NCBI RefSeq assembly: GCF_046119375.1
Contig: NW_027362771.1
Coordinates: 131,626,001 to 131,690,000, forward strand
Direction of reading: 5' to 3'
Length of the DNA stretch: 64,000 bases
Source: Phyllobates terribilis
Taxonomy: Eukaryota
Position 1 is the stretch's first letter. Each line of letters starts with the position of its first letter. The notes under the pieces are model-generated. The model worked only from the letters and a program-made list of their open reading frames with translations, searched no databases and was not told the origin of the DNA. Shown here in pieces: positions 38,370 to 51,533 of the stretch. Position numbers and translations under genes: made by a program.

Positions 38370-39520
38370 CAGAGGGGTCTGTGTACCACAACATGCAAGG
38401 ATGCATCATGAATCCTACAAAATTATGCAGCATGATAGAAGCAAAACCACACTAAACAAATCAAAAGGCTTTTTTTTTCAGATGATTATTAAAGGGAACC
38501 TGTCACGTCATGTAAAGCATCTAAACTGTCCCCAGTGCGTTGTTAGTGATGCAATGTGCATCACTAACACTTTTTTTATTTATTATTAAAAACTGTGCTT
38601 TAATGATGTCCAAAAAGCACTTTATGTAGTTATATCGTACCTGCTCATTTAGTCATAGGGGTGCGCTTCATTTTCTGTTCAGATACGGGAGTCGCTGCCC
38701 ACTCACTTGGATTGGATTTCCATGGTTGCGCCGACATCACTAGAATCCCACACTTGCGCAGTGTGTAGCCAGCCGCGCTTGCACAGTGTGTAGCGTGGAG
38801 CCGGTCGTACTTGCGTAGTGTCGATCGGGGGGCCGTGCTTGCGCAGCGACATCCGTGGCTGGGCAGAAAATGAAGCACACTCCTATGACTAAACGAGCAG
38901 GTACAATATAACTATATAAAGTGCTTTTTGGACAACATTACAATGCAGTTTTTAATGAAAATAACGTGTTAGTGATGCACATTAAATCACTAACAATGCA
39001 CTGGGAAAAGTTTAGATGCTTGAAATTATGTGACAGTTTCACTTTAAAAATTTTTTTTCCTCCGGGTGTCCAAGCCTTGATGTGGAAATGGATGAAAAAC
39101 ATGTCTCGAGAGCCCAAAACCCTCATCAGCAACCATAATAAAGGGTGCAGGCAGCCCAAAGTCTCCTGGAACCACACAGGGTTGTGGAAGGGCAAGAATA
39201 ATCTCAGAAAGCAGCCAAGCCCCAATATCAATTACAAAAGAGTAGTTACTGTCAACCAAAACCAGCAGCACCACTGAAATACTTCTTGTAATTGAAGGAC
39301 CGGGAGCCAGAGTTTGTTGGCTTCTTGGTACGAATGTGCTTGCCATCCTGTGCACAGATGCACTTTGGACACTTGGCTGCTTCCATGAAGCACTGAGAAA
39401 TCCTCACCCAACCCTGTGTGGTTTGGCAGAGGAATCATCCAGCTCCCGTAGATCCGTTGACAATTCTTTTGCTTTCCCCATGACTCACAATCCAGAAATA
39501 TGAGTGGCTGGATGAAAAAT
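38370..39520 (-). pseudogene. PIF/Harbinger DDE transposase remnant, split by a TTAA MITE
   Basis: Fragments CICAQDGKHIRTKKPTNSGSRSFNYKKYF, SVVLLVLVDSNYSF, FIMVADEGFGLSRH and RRKKNF match recalled Harbinger/HARBI1 motifs (GAxDGKH, VDANY, VADEAF). Confidence 0.75.
38493..39043. mobile_element. TTAA-targeting palindromic MITE (T2/Kolobok-like)
   Basis: TTAA|agggaacctgtcac...gtgacagtttcact|TTAA with long imperfect arms. Confidence 0.8.
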
Positions 39521-39862
39521 GCAAAAGTCTGTCTGGATCCCAGAAACTTACTCAGCTTTTATGCACACACACTGATTAAAAGCAAACAGGTCACAGGTGA
39601 GGATGTTACCTTTAGTAGCCATTCAAACCCATTTGTGTCAAATTCTGTGCATGTTATCAGGCCAAAATCACCAGGGTATGTGAACTTTTGATCAGGGTCA
39701 TTTGGATGTTTTTGGTTGTCATTAAAATTTAAAAAGAGAAAACATAGTAGTTTGACAATAAATGGCTTCACACAACCATAACTATGAGTGGAGAAAAAGT
39801 ATTTTGGTTATCATTCATATTCTCTGAAACAAGGCCAAGAAAGTAAAAATTCTGCCGGGGTA

Positions 39863-40166
39863 GGCAGTCGTGGAGGTGGAGTCAGTATAAAACGGACCGA
39901 CTCAGACTCCTAAAATATATAATAAATTGGGTACAGTAGTTCAATGCAGTTTGTGGGGATTATTTTTTCATAAGAATTTGGGAAATTTATGAAATGTCCT
40001 ATAAATGTCTGTCCTATTCCTGATCTAAGGGTCTAGACTTTTAGCTGAGATGAATTTGTGCTACAGTAAATTTATCACTTAAACATGAGCCAAGTATGAA
40101 GGAGCCGGAGTCATGGAAATTGAGGAGGCAAAGTCGAAGGTTTGGCTTACCGACTCCACAGCCCTG
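39863..40166. mobile_element. Second copy of the hAT MITE (left TIR lost), inside a Tc1 terminal remnant (~39650-40196)
   Basis: Interior closely matches 61860-62109; right TIR intact; host sequence ggggta|...|ggggtatgtaaacttttgagcacaactgTA. Confidence 0.85.
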
Positions 40167-41888
40167 GGGGTATGTAAACTTTTGAGCACAACTGTACTTA
40201 CTATCCACTACACACATGGATGAAGGTTGAAACAATTAATTAACAAACATACTATATGAAAATACATTAAACATTTGGCTCTTACAGAGTACAATTTCAC
40301 AGGTAAAATGTGACTTGTGTCAGGGTTACTAGCAAATGTTCCACAGGAGATATGCTTTGTTGCATGCAGGTGTCTTGATGAATAAGATGAACAGAGCTCA
40401 ACTAGTTGGTCTTTACATCCTTACTAGTATTATACTTGTATGAAATGCACGCAAAGTAAAACGGATGCTTTTAATAAAATCAGCACATAGGCAGTGCAGC
40501 GGTGTGGGTGCATACACAAATTTATATATATATATATATTAGACTGATATATATAGGGCTTTGCTATATGTCACTGGGATATTAACATTTCCTAATTAAC
40601 CCTTTAAGGACTTCTTTCCCTCCCCTCGTTCCAAAGAGTTAGAACTTTGTTACTTTTCCATTGACATAGCTGCTTGAGTGCTTGTTTTTTGTAAGACGAG
40701 TTGAAGTTTTGCATGACACCATTAATTTTACCATATCAGGTATTGAAAAATGGGAACAAAACGCTAAGTGGCGGGAAAGGTGAAGGAAAAAACAAACAAG
40801 CAATTCTACTGTATTCTTCGGTTTTACATTGTGCTGTAAAAAAATATGGCAATAGGACAGTGTGTATAGGATTATACCAAAAAAAGTTTTTTCTCCCTAT
40901 ATTTTATTGGTTTAAAACAAAGAAACAAAAAACACAATTGTTCTTGCTATTTTCTGAGACCCGTAAATTTATTTTACCGTCCATAGCGCTGGGGCATTGT
41001 TTGCGTAGTCAATTTTTTTTATTGATACTTTGAAACAAAGAATGATAGCTTTTTATTGTAATATTTCATGCAAGTGCTGCGACCGAAGAAAAGGCAATTC
41101 TGGAGTTTTGTGTATTAAATCATTTTATACACACATGACAATTGTCAATATGATTATTTTTCATTGATTTTTGGATGGGAAAAGGAGAGATTAAAATTTT
41201 TATATATATTTTTTTCATTATATTTAAAACTTTTTTTTCTTAAAATTTACTTCATTTTTTAGAAGACATTTGTGCATGGGCAATGATTTCCTGATGATAA
41301 TGCTGTCAAAGAGGCAATACCTGGGTTCTTGGAGTAACATAAAGCGGCTTCAGTTACCTCTGACTATACTGTGAGCGAAGGCTGTGCAGCATGTCAATGA
41401 GTGCTGGCTGTCATTCAAGTCCAGGGGCATGCTTACAGTCGCCACTCACAGTACCATGAATAGTGACTTGAGCCGCACCGGAATGTCTCCGACTGAAAGC
41501 CGGCGCTACTGGGTGGAATAACGTTCATTTCCACCCAGTAGCCATACTTACAAAAGCAGTCCTGCCTGTTTTCTGTAACGCTATTTTCTTGAAAATTAAC
41601 TCTATATATCTGCAGGTAAATAGTGCTATCTAAGGTGACAGGTTCCCTAAAAGTCTTAACTCACAGGAAATGGTAGAAAATGCCCATTCAGCCAGTCACA
41701 GGTAGAGCATGTGCCAATGTTTGGCTGAGTGGCCTTTCCTGTGCGTCAAGACGTGACTAGAGATAGGAAACTGCTGGGGACCCAAGAAGCGTAGAGAGAT
41801 TAGAGGTAATTATTGCTTCTTCAAATTCTGTCTCCCCTCTTGACAACATCTTTAAAAGCAACTTAAAAATTGTTCACGTTACACTTTG

Positions 41889-41894
41889 TTTATT
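41889..41894 (-). terminator. Candidate CCDC59 polyadenylation signal (AATAAA)
   Basis: TTTATT on +, about 125 nt downstream of the CCDC59 stop on the - strand. Confidence 0.5.
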
Positions 41895-42017
41895 TGGTAT
41901 TATAAACCTATTTGTTGTTAAAAAATATAGTTATGCAAAAAGCCTCTCACATGAAAGGATGTAATGTGACAACGCACCGTGGACGATGCATGCTTTAAGA
42001 ACAGGAGTTCAAATAAA

Positions 42018-42179
42018 TTAAGCGTTCCCTTCAATTTTCTTCAGCAAGTATTCCATTTGTGCATTAAAGTTGGGCTGTCCTTTCTTTGTTTTTGAGCTTA
42101 AAACTTTGAAGGCTTCCATTTTCCTTTGTTTGTAAAGTTTGATAGCTTCTTCTTTTTTCTTCCTGTTGTTCTCTGCCTC
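42018..42179 (-). CDS. CCDC59: CCDC59 terminal coding exon 4
   Basis: Acceptor tttgtttcag|; [53 protein letters not shown]. Contains the TAP26 C-terminal motif [17 protein letters not shown]. Spliced CDS 223+244+91+162 = 720 nt = 239 aa plus stop. Confidence 0.93.
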   Translation of the reverse strand, partial: EAENNRKKKEEAIKLYKQRKMEAFKVLSSKTKKGQPNFNAQMEYLLKKIEGNA

Positions 42180-42479
42180 CTGAAACAAAAAAAAATAAAT
42201 AAATAATCATTAGCAGGTTGAAAAGTATACCTCCTGCAAATGTAAAACACACACGTGGTAATACCAACGTTGTAACCTTAAAATAATTAAAAACAAGAAA
42301 TTAATAATGCAAGAATATTTTGATTTAAATAGCAATTATTTTAAGAGAAAAGCATTGGATAAAAGTTACAAACAAAATGTATACTGATCCTGCAGTGTGT
42401 TCATCAGATTGCATGTCGACTCGATAATCTCACATGGTGTTAGACACCTGAGAATGGCCACAATCATGATGGGTGGCTA

Positions 42480-43900
42480 GCCACCCATCCACCATTCATT
42501 ATTTTTGGGGTTAGCCACAATAGGAAAGTGCAGTCTGCTGTAATTAAATGTATAACGATCAGACGAAGTCCTTAAGAACACGCTCAGCCTCCTCCTGGTG
42601 AAGGGGACCTATGGGAAAATTGAAGTATTCATTGGGAACGCTTCTACTTCCAAGTTCACAATTGAAGCGTGCCCTCAGGCTTAGTGGACAATAAAGAACC
42701 TTCTAAGAATATCCCAGCAAGAGGCTTCTTTCCAGCAGCGCAGCCAATTTTTAAACGTGTTTTTATCCTGTTTTGGCAAATCTTTCGCCCAGCCACGGGG
42801 CAGTGGCAGCTGGACATCTAAACCTTTATAGCGGTTGTGTCTTCACACAACCACCTAAGGTGATTAGCCTTACCCTATTGTGCACTTCTCGTTTCACAGT
42901 CCAGGTTTAAAATTGGAAGCCGCTGCTTCCCAAGTTCCTCTGAGGAAGGAGTCTACTTTTGTATGCAGTATTTTTACAACCGCCATGTCATTTCTAGGGG
43001 ATTTTTCCCAAATATCATATAAATACTCCTCGAATGCGTATTTCCTTTTAAGCACATTAGGGGCTGAGACTTTTCTAAATGGCTTTCTCCACTGTTTCTG
43101 AATGAGGGATAGGACACTATTTTGGACAGGGAATACACAATGTTTGCATTCCTCCAATCCCCTACACAGACACGGGGATTCTCTAGGAGATTACACTTCC
43201 ATGGTAGATCTCACAGCTTTAGACAACTTTCCAGTATCTTGGACAGGAAAACATGGATGCCCGTATCCATCATCAGAGAAGGATGACAAAGAAATGCAAT
43301 CAGTAATCAGTCTTCCAACCCCTCTTCGGAACTAGAATCAGATAAGACGTAGTGTCTGTCTGAAGAGGTAGAAGGGACACTGGAATGTCACATCCTATGC
43401 AGTGGAACTACTGCGCTAGGAGGAGGGTTAGGTCATCTGCCGTGTGTCACTGCTGGGCATCGCTGGACTGTCCATACTGAACAACAGCTGGCAGACTCCT
43501 ATAGAGTAACCTCCATCCATACAACCAGCAATATCCTTTTAAAGATCAGCTGAGTGAGCACTACCCCAATCATAGGCAGGCTCACCCCAGGTGACCGACG
43601 GCATGTAGTGTCAAATCCGGTCCTGTCTTCAGAATCCAAAAGTGACAGGCATGATTAAATCTGGTCTTCACCTCTGACCAGGAAGTGCTTGGTCCCACAC
43701 ATGCACTGGTGTGCTGCATCACATCATGTCCCTACTGCCGAAACAGGAAGCAGCCAACCACAGCAGAATTTAAACTGTTCCCCCTTATGCCAGGCAACTG
43801 CCTGGAAAGCAAGCCTCAGACGAGTCTCCTGGCCTGCTCGCTGCATTCTCAGGAAGGTCTCCTGACGCAAAAAAAAAAAAAAAGATAAATTCCATGCTGA
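42480..43900 (-). pseudogene. Probable DIRS-like ORF1 remnant in CCDC59 intron 3
   Basis: KVDSFLRGTWEAAASNFKPGL resembles recalled amphibian DIRS ORF1 segments; the rest is heavily decayed. Confidence 0.45.
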
Positions 43901-45826
43901 CTTCACCCTACAGCGTGTGGCTGTACGTCTCCCTCAGGAACAGGAATCCACACATAGGTTCCGCCTTTTTATTCTGGAGATTTGCCATTTACGGTGCTGT
44001 CAGGGTGTATGGAAAATTATTTTTTACAGCCTTCCTGGTGCGATTAAAATGACCTAGCAATGTGATTGTACAGGTTTAGATTAATATGGAGACACCAAAC
44101 TTCTACTTTTTTTTTTTTTTTTAAATCGTGGGAAAAAAAAAAAATTCTAAAAGAAATTTGGTTTGTGGCGTTTTCTGAGATCTATAACTTTTTCATTGAT
44201 AGAGCTGTGTGAAGGTAAGCTTTCTGCGTGGCAAGCTGGCGTTTTTTATTTATACTATTGTAAAAGTTAATGCAACGTTTTGATTGCTTCTTATTGCATT
44301 TCTTAGAGCAGTTGCGACGATCAAAAATAATAAAAGTTTTCGAAGTGCCAACAAGGCAGGCCCCTTGGATGTCATAGCAATCCATTGCCACATTGTGATC
44401 ACAGCACAGGGAAATGAGCCTTAAATACCTGTCAAAAATTAGCAGCAGCATTTAAAGGGTTAGCAGCAGCAATCCAAGCTTACCTCCACTTGCTGCTGTC
44501 AGATGCTGGCTGTTTTATACAGCCAGAAATTACATCTGCTGGGTATGATGCAAACCCATCTTCTAAAAGCACATCATACACAGGGACCAGACATTAAACA
44601 TACTGATTCACCCAATGCCGGAAACAGGTTATAAAAAAAACAAAACACACACCCAAATAACTTACTAACCAAATTTTATGAGAAAGATATTAGATAGAGG
44701 TAAATGGGGCACGCTCCACTTCGTGGAACCGCAATAAAGAAATTGTTATGCTAAGTGGCAATTGACCAATTTACTACTGTCATGGTTAATATTTTATATC
44801 TAGCTTCATTATTTATTCAGGAAAACAATTTACATTTTTGCTATGTCTGAAGCCTCTGCTTAAAACTTGCATCATGGAATGTCTGACTAAGATACTGGTT
44901 TCCTGTGAATTCCCTGACAAGAAGGTTTTACGTTGGGCCAAGGGAAGTGTGTTTATTACTGATAGTCTATTTTGGTTGTATGTAAGAATTGTAGTTCCGT
45001 TTTTGTCTAGCTAATAAATGTGGTGAGTCTTAGTTGCGACACAGAAGACTCTACCTGCGACAATGCACGTCGCATGTATTTTGTCTCTCTCCCTTCATCG
45101 ATGAACTATTTTAATTTGAATCTCACTGGCAATGTGAAGACACTTTGCTGCCTATTCCAAAGTTCTCCCTAATAACAAAGAGGGTATCCATAACACTACC
45201 TTCTGTATTCAAGTGCACTTTTTCTCTGGTGAGCGCCATAGGTGTTATATCGCTGCTATTAAGTGCATAATGTTGTGTATGGCTACCACCTCACTGTATA
45301 TTGGAGATATTATGTATGTATGTATGTATGTATGTATGTATGTACACACAATAGTCACTTCCAGGGGCTTCTACAGGCTTATTCAGAATTTAAAAAAAAA
45401 AAAAGTGAATAGCAAGGGGTAGACTGCAAAAGCTTATTTCCATTGCAATCTCTGCTGCCCCCTGGTGGCCCTGCAGCTCTCTGCTGGTGTTCCAACTACA
45501 CACATGTGGCAGCAGCAGTCAATGGCTGGCCATTCTGGCAATGTGCTGACCATGCTACCATCACTGCTGAGGAGACTAATTGGCTGCAGTATTCATGTGT
45601 GGATGGATTATCAGCCCTGCACACAGTGAGCAGGAGGACCAAGGCAACAGTGACACTGTAATGCAGGCAATTAGGAGTCAGTTACATTAAAATAACTCAT
45701 ACCCTGCTTACCGGTCAAGTTCTCACAAATCCTTTAAGCTACAAGTTTCAAAATGAGCCTCATGAAAACAGATGTATTTATTTTATATATTTTTTTTAAA
45801 CATTTAGAAATATAGGGCGTCCTTAC

Positions 45827-45917
45827 TTCTCTTTTCCTTTCACGCTCACGTTGCACTCGTTCATATTCTTCGTTGGCTTTTTCAATTGAAGTTTTTTTCC
45901 TGAATTTTTTCCTTGCT
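45827..45917 (-). CDS. CCDC59: CCDC59 coding exon 3
   Basis: Acceptor tttaatgcag| and donor |gtaagg; 91 nt. ARKKFRKKTSIEKANEEYERVQRERERKRE resembles recalled KKTSNQKAQEEYEQIQ. Too short for the ORF track; read directly from the sequence. Confidence 0.9.
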
Positions 45918-46891
45918 CTGCATTAAACATACAATTTTACAGATTAAACTGTATAAATGGAGGACATGGAAAGGTCATGTATTAAATGACTAAACAAGCA
46001 TATAATACAAAAAAATCCTTCAAAACAATCAAATGTATCAATCTTATTTTTGTTGCTCCTGTATTTCGGATATCACTATTACAAAACATGAAGAATAAAA
46101 TAGAACAGAGTATACTCCCCTTAGGAAGCAGCTGTGTGTTCCCACCACTTCTCCCCCAGTATGAGGCTATGTCGCTGTGTAACTTGGGCTAGTCACATCT
46201 ACAAATTGCACAGGTGACGGACTCCATGTGCTCCTCTGCCCAGCGGAAGAGAACAGATGCTGCCTGCCATTTACATGCACTAGTCCAGAAATAGGACCTG
46301 AAATCCATGCCAAAAACTGCCCATGTAGACTAGAAAAATGGTTAACATTAGGTATGTGCGCTGTTTATTTTCCACACATAAAAGCACACAGACAGAAGAT
46401 ACATTCATCTGAATGTACCCTTGAAAGTGCATGAGAGCCAGGAAATTTAGGAGGATGATTTAGACTGCATCCTCGTCTACAGCAAGTGTGGTCAATTGAA
46501 CACGTTTCCATAGCTAGGCAAGTCTGCACTGGTCCTGGTAAAGCTGGGTTAAAAACCATGTGGAGCTGTAATAAAGAATGTGAAATACTAAATCTACCTA
46601 GATGAATCTTCCTGCGGGTGCCACAGTGAGGCAGATGAGCACAGTTTCCATAGACTGTATAGCTCCACAGTGCTAATCCAGCTGCTCCACAGGCCTGGAC
46701 AATCCCTGCTGCTGAAAAGTGCACAAACTCGACATTCAGGCACTGGGAAAAAGCTGAGTAACACGCAGGTTGCCCTATGACTATATAGTACGTGTAAGCA
46801 CACACATCAGCTGAAATGGGAGAACAGAGTAATTTCTATGGCTTTAGATTCATCTTACTTGGTAATTGCTATAATAAGCAGTTTAGCTTAA

Positions 46892-47619
46892 AGGGGTGGA
46901 CCAAAGTCCAAATAATTTTCTATTTCCCAAAATACACTAACTGCCCACCCCCCCACACTTCCTTTCTGATGACGCCGTTTGCGAATCCCAGTATATGAGA
47001 TACTCAAACGAAGCTTCATCAGGGGCTAGAGGGTGTGGATACAGCCGTAACCTATGCCCCCTCCCTGAAGGTCACTAATGATTCTTCATTTCAGGGGCTG
47101 GGTAATCCCTGCGCGATGTGCACAATGACTTTGCGTGATCTGTTGCCGGCCTGAGTGTGTCAAATACCCGGCATGCAGGGACCATCAATGTCTCTTGTGG
47201 GGGGAGGCGCTGGTTTCCGCACGCCAAGAACCCTGACAACGCTCCCTGGTGCTGGCTTGTTACTACTGATCTGAGCTGGCAACAGAGAGCGCACTGTCAT
47301 TGTGCACATCATACAGGGGTTAGCCCTGCCCCTGAAAAGAGCATCAGTGATGATACTTCATTTCAGGGAGGTGGCAAGGTCGGTGACTGCAGCCTCTGAC
47401 CCCTGATGACGCATCATTTAAGAGCCCCAGTACATTCTGGGATAATCAAAGGAAGAGTCATCAAAAAAGAAGTGGCAAAAAAAACAAAAAAACACGAGTA
47501 GATAGTGTAGTTAGGGAAGGATAGAGAATTTTTAATTCAAGTATATTAGAATATAGTTTAGATTATAACATTAAATAAACATTTGGGAGGAAAATTACTC
47601 TGGCCTTCAGACCACCCCT
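46892..47619. mobile_element. TTAA MITE in CCDC59 intron 2
   Basis: TTAA|aggggtgg...ccacccct|TTAA with internal inverted segments. Confidence 0.7.
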
Positions 47620-47844
47620 TTAAATCTATATGTAAACTACACCTTCCATTTTTCTTTTTGTCTATGGACATTGGCTCAGTGTAATGATACTGTTCCCTTG
47701 TAAAAGAAACATGGTGGCACCAACAACTTTACCTAACCATATCAGAACATCTTCAACTCATTGTCAGTTTCAAATTTGAAAGCTGTGAAATATACAATTC
47801 CAAGAATGATAAGCAATTACTGCATGTCACTGGTATGATCTTAC

Positions 47845-48088
47845 TTTACTTCTTTCTTTTCATCCACTTCTTTCTGTTCCTCTACTGATTCAGACGTCTC
47901 ACTTTGAGGTTTCCTCTGCTTTTCTTCACTTTTCAGTCTCTCTTCTTCAGCCTCATAGAGATGCTTTAGATGTTCAGGATAGTGATCACTATAGGAGACT
48001 TCTTTAGTATCCACCTTCTTTCGTTTTCTCAGCAGCTTTTGATATTCTAACTGAATTTTCTTCTTTCGCCACAAAGCAAAGCCAAGCC
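47845..48088 (-). CDS. CCDC59: CCDC59 coding exon 2
   Basis: Acceptor ttcctttag| and donor |gtaaga; 244 nt. GLGFALWRKKKIQLEYQKLLRKRKK...YSDHYPEHLKHLYEAEEER matches recalled TAP26 GQGFAFRRKLKIQQSYKKLLRK...DRYPDNLKHLYLAEEER. Phases join exons 1 and 3 in frame. Confidence 0.92.
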
Positions 48089-48161
48089 CTAAAGGAAGAA
48101 TGGACGCGATGGATTGTAAATACCAGTACACAGCTATAATCAGGAAGAGTGGACAGTAGGT

Positions 48162-48194
<33 letters not shown>

Positions 48195-48588
48195 CAGAGA
48201 TATACAGCTCTGGCAAAAGTTAAGACACCACTGCACAGTTTTCTATTGGAAAGCATGCCAAGACGCATGAAAGCTGTGATTAAAAATCATGGTTAGTCCA
48301 CCAAATATTGATTTCTGAACTCTTCCTGAGTTAAAACATGAGTAATTTGAGGTCTGAAAGCACTGTTTCTTTTTTAGTATTTTGACGCTTTATCATTTGC
48401 TGCAAATAAATACAAAATTTTTAGCTTTGAATTTCGGAGACATGCTGTCATTAGTTTATAGACTAAAACAAGAATGTACATTTTACTCAAAAATATACCT
48501 ATAAAACGAAAAATCTGAGAAAATGAAAATTTTGCAATGTTCTCTTAATTGTTGACAGAGCTGTATATGTATAAAATAGATAAGTATA

Positions 48589-48596
<8 letters not shown>

Positions 48597-48643
<47 letters not shown>
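48597..48643. repeat. (CA)n microsatellite; other SSRs at ~30160 and ~32246 (AAT), ~36520 (GT), ~45312 (TATG), ~48163 and ~53490 (TA)
   Basis: Read directly from the sequence. Confidence 0.95.
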
Positions 48644-48644
<1 letters not shown>

Positions 48645-48858
48645 CAGTGAATGGAAACCCTAATTCTTTACATTTATAAGCCATATTAATTACTTCACAC
48701 ACAGATGCACAGATAGAGTATGGACTCCAATACTATGGAACATTCCCTGGGTAAACAGGACAGAATCTGGTCATGTTAATATTAAAAGTAAACAGAATAC
48801 ACAGCTATACCACACAGGACACATGTAACTTATATTGGCCCACAGAGGACATATGTAT

Positions 48859-51212
48859 GGCCATATACCGGATACACATGTCCTCTGTGGTAGAGCTGGG
48901 GGGGGCCATATACCGGATACACATGTCCTCTGTGGTAGAGCTGGGGGGGGCCATATACCGGATACACATGTCCTCTGTGGTAGAGCTGGGGGGGGCCATA
49001 TACCGGATACACATGTCCTCTGTGGTAGAGCTGGGGGGGGCCATATACCGGATACACATGTCCTCTGTGGTAGAGCTGGGGGGGGCCATATACCGGATAC
49101 ACATGTCCTCTGTGGTAGAGCTGGGGGGGGGCCATATACCGGATACACATGTCCTCTGTGGTAGAGCTGGGGGGGGGGCCATATACCGGATACACATGTC
49201 CTCTGTGGTAGAGCTGGGAGGGGCCATATACCGGATACACGTGTCCTCTGTGGTAGAGCTGTGGGGGGGGGGGGCCATATACCGGATACACGTGTCCTCT
49301 GTGGTATAGCTGTGGGGGGGGGGGCCATATACCGGATACACGTGTCCTCTGTGGTATAGCTGTGGGGGGGGGGCCATATACCGGATACACGTGTCCTCTG
49401 TGGTATAGCTGTGGGGGGGGGGGGCCATATACCGGATACACGTGTCCTCTGTGGTATAGCTGTGGGGGGGGGGCCATATACCGGATACACGTGTCCTCTG
49501 TGGTATAGCTGTGGGGGGGGCCATATACCGGATACACGTGTCCTCTGTGGTATAGCTGTGGGGGGGGGGGCCATATACCGGATACACGTGTCCTCTGTGG
49601 TATAGCTGTGTGTGTGGGGGGGGGGGCCATATACCGGATACACGTGTCCTCTGTGGTATAGCTGTGGGGGGGGGGGGCATATACCAGATACACGTGTCCT
49701 CTGTGGTATAGCTGTGGGGGGGGGGGGGGCATATACCGGATACACGTGTCCTCTGTGGTATAGCTGTGGGGGGCCATATACCGGATACACGTGTCCTCTG
49801 TGGTATAGCTGTGGGGGGGGGGGGGCATATACCGGATACACGTGTCCTCTGTGGTATAGCTGTGGGGGGCCATATACCGGATACACGTGTCCTCTGTGGT
49901 ATAGTTGTGGGGGGCCATATACCGGATACACGTGTCCTCTGTGGTATAGCTGTGGGGGGCCATATACCGGATACACGTGTCCTCTGTGGTATAGCTGTGG
50001 GGGGCCATATACCGGATACACGTGTCCTCTGTGGTATAGCTGTGGGGGGCCATATACCGGATACACATGTCCTCTGTGGTATAGCTGTGGGGGGCCATAT
50101 ACCGGATACACATGTCCTCTGTGGTATAGCTGTGGGGGGCCATATACCGGATACACATGTCCTCTGTGGTATAGCTGGGGGGCCACATACCGGATACACG
50201 TGTCCTCTGTGGTATAGCTGGGGGGCCACATACCGGATACACGTGTCCTCTGTGGTATAGCTGGGGGGCTACATACCGGATACACGTGTCCTCTGTGGTA
50301 TAGCTGGGGGGCTACATACCGGATACACGTGTCCTCTGTGGTGTAGCTGGGGGGCTACATACCAGGATACACGTGTCCTCTGTGGTATAGCTGGGGGGCA
50401 TATACCGGATACACGTGTCCTCTGTGGTATAGCTGGGGGGCATATACCGGATACACGTGTCCTCTGTGGTATAGCTGGGGGGCATATACCGGATACACGT
50501 GTCCTCTGTGGTATAGCTGGGGGGCTACATACCAGATACACGTGTCCTCTGTGGTATAGCTGGGGGGCCACATACCGGATACACGTGTCCTCTGTGGTAT
50601 AGCTGGGGGGCTACATACCAGGATACACGTGTCCTCTGTGGTATAGCTGGGGGGCATATACCGGATACACGTGTCCTCTGTGGTATAGCTGGGGGGCATA
50701 TACCGGATACACGTGTCCTCTGTGGTATAGCTGGGGGGCTACATACCGGATACACATGTCCTCTGTGGTATAGCTGGGGGGCATATACCGGATACACGTG
50801 TCCTCTGTGGTATAGCTAGGGGGCTACATACCAGATACACGTGTCCTCTGTGGTATAGCTGGGGGGCTACATACCGGATACACATGTCCTCTGTGGTATA
50901 GCTGGGGGGCATATACCGGATACACGTGTCCTCTGTGGTATAGCTAGGGGGCTACATACCAGATACACGTGTCCTCTGTGGTATAGCTGGGGGGCCACAT
51001 ACCGGATACACGTGTCCTCTGTCGTATAGCTGGGGGGCTACATACCAGGATACACGTGTCCTCTGTGGTATAGCTGGGGGGCATATACCGGATACACATG
51101 TCCTCTGTGGTATAGCTGGGGGGCTACATACCGGATACACGTGTCCTCTGTGGTATAGCTGGGGGGCTACATACCGGATACACGTGTCCTCTGTGGTATA
51201 GCTGGGGGGCCA
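48859..51212. repeat. ~45-bp minisatellite, about 50 copies, in CCDC59 intron 1
   Basis: Unit ccatataccggatacac(a/g)tgtcctctgtggta(g/t)agctg(tg)G(n). First copies at 48861, 48906, 48951, 48996, 49041. Confidence 0.98.
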
Positions 51213-51235
51213 TATGCCAAACACATGCGACCATA

Positions 51236-51427
51236 GGCCACGGTCATACATTCAGTATTTGATCAGTTTTTTACCTCAGTATTTATAAGCCAAAACCAGG
51301 AGTGGAACAATCAGAGGAAAAGTATAATAGAAACACGTCACCACTTCTGCATTTTTCACCCACTCCTGGTTTTGGCTTACAAATACTGAGGTAAAATACT
51401 GACCAAATACTGAACGTGTGAACGTGG
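51236..51427. mobile_element. Harbinger-type MITE about 100 bp from the CCDC59 exon-1 donor
   Basis: Shares aagccaaa.ccaggagtggaacaatcagagga...cacccactcctggttttggctta with 8372-8552. Confidence 0.85.
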
Positions 51428-51533
51428 TTATGTATTGTGTACACAGCAACTTCTTACTGAAGAGATGATTGGTTGCTATGGTAACAGAGCATGCGCACTA
51501 TAAGCAGCGCATGCCCACGTGGGCTCCTCTCAC

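Noticed and set aside
48089-48236. N-terminal part of the 131-aa ORF 47841-48236
   Set aside because: It lies upstream of the exon-2 acceptor and runs through a (TA)n tract.
48859-51212. CRISPR-like array
   Set aside because: There are no unique spacers, only variable G runs, and no cas genes; the context is eukaryotic.
48771-51251. Long Pro/Tyr/Gly-rich ORFs (up to 504 aa) in several frames
   Set aside because: These are translations of the 45-bp minisatellite. They are open in overlapping frames on both strands and lie in a CCDC59 intron.
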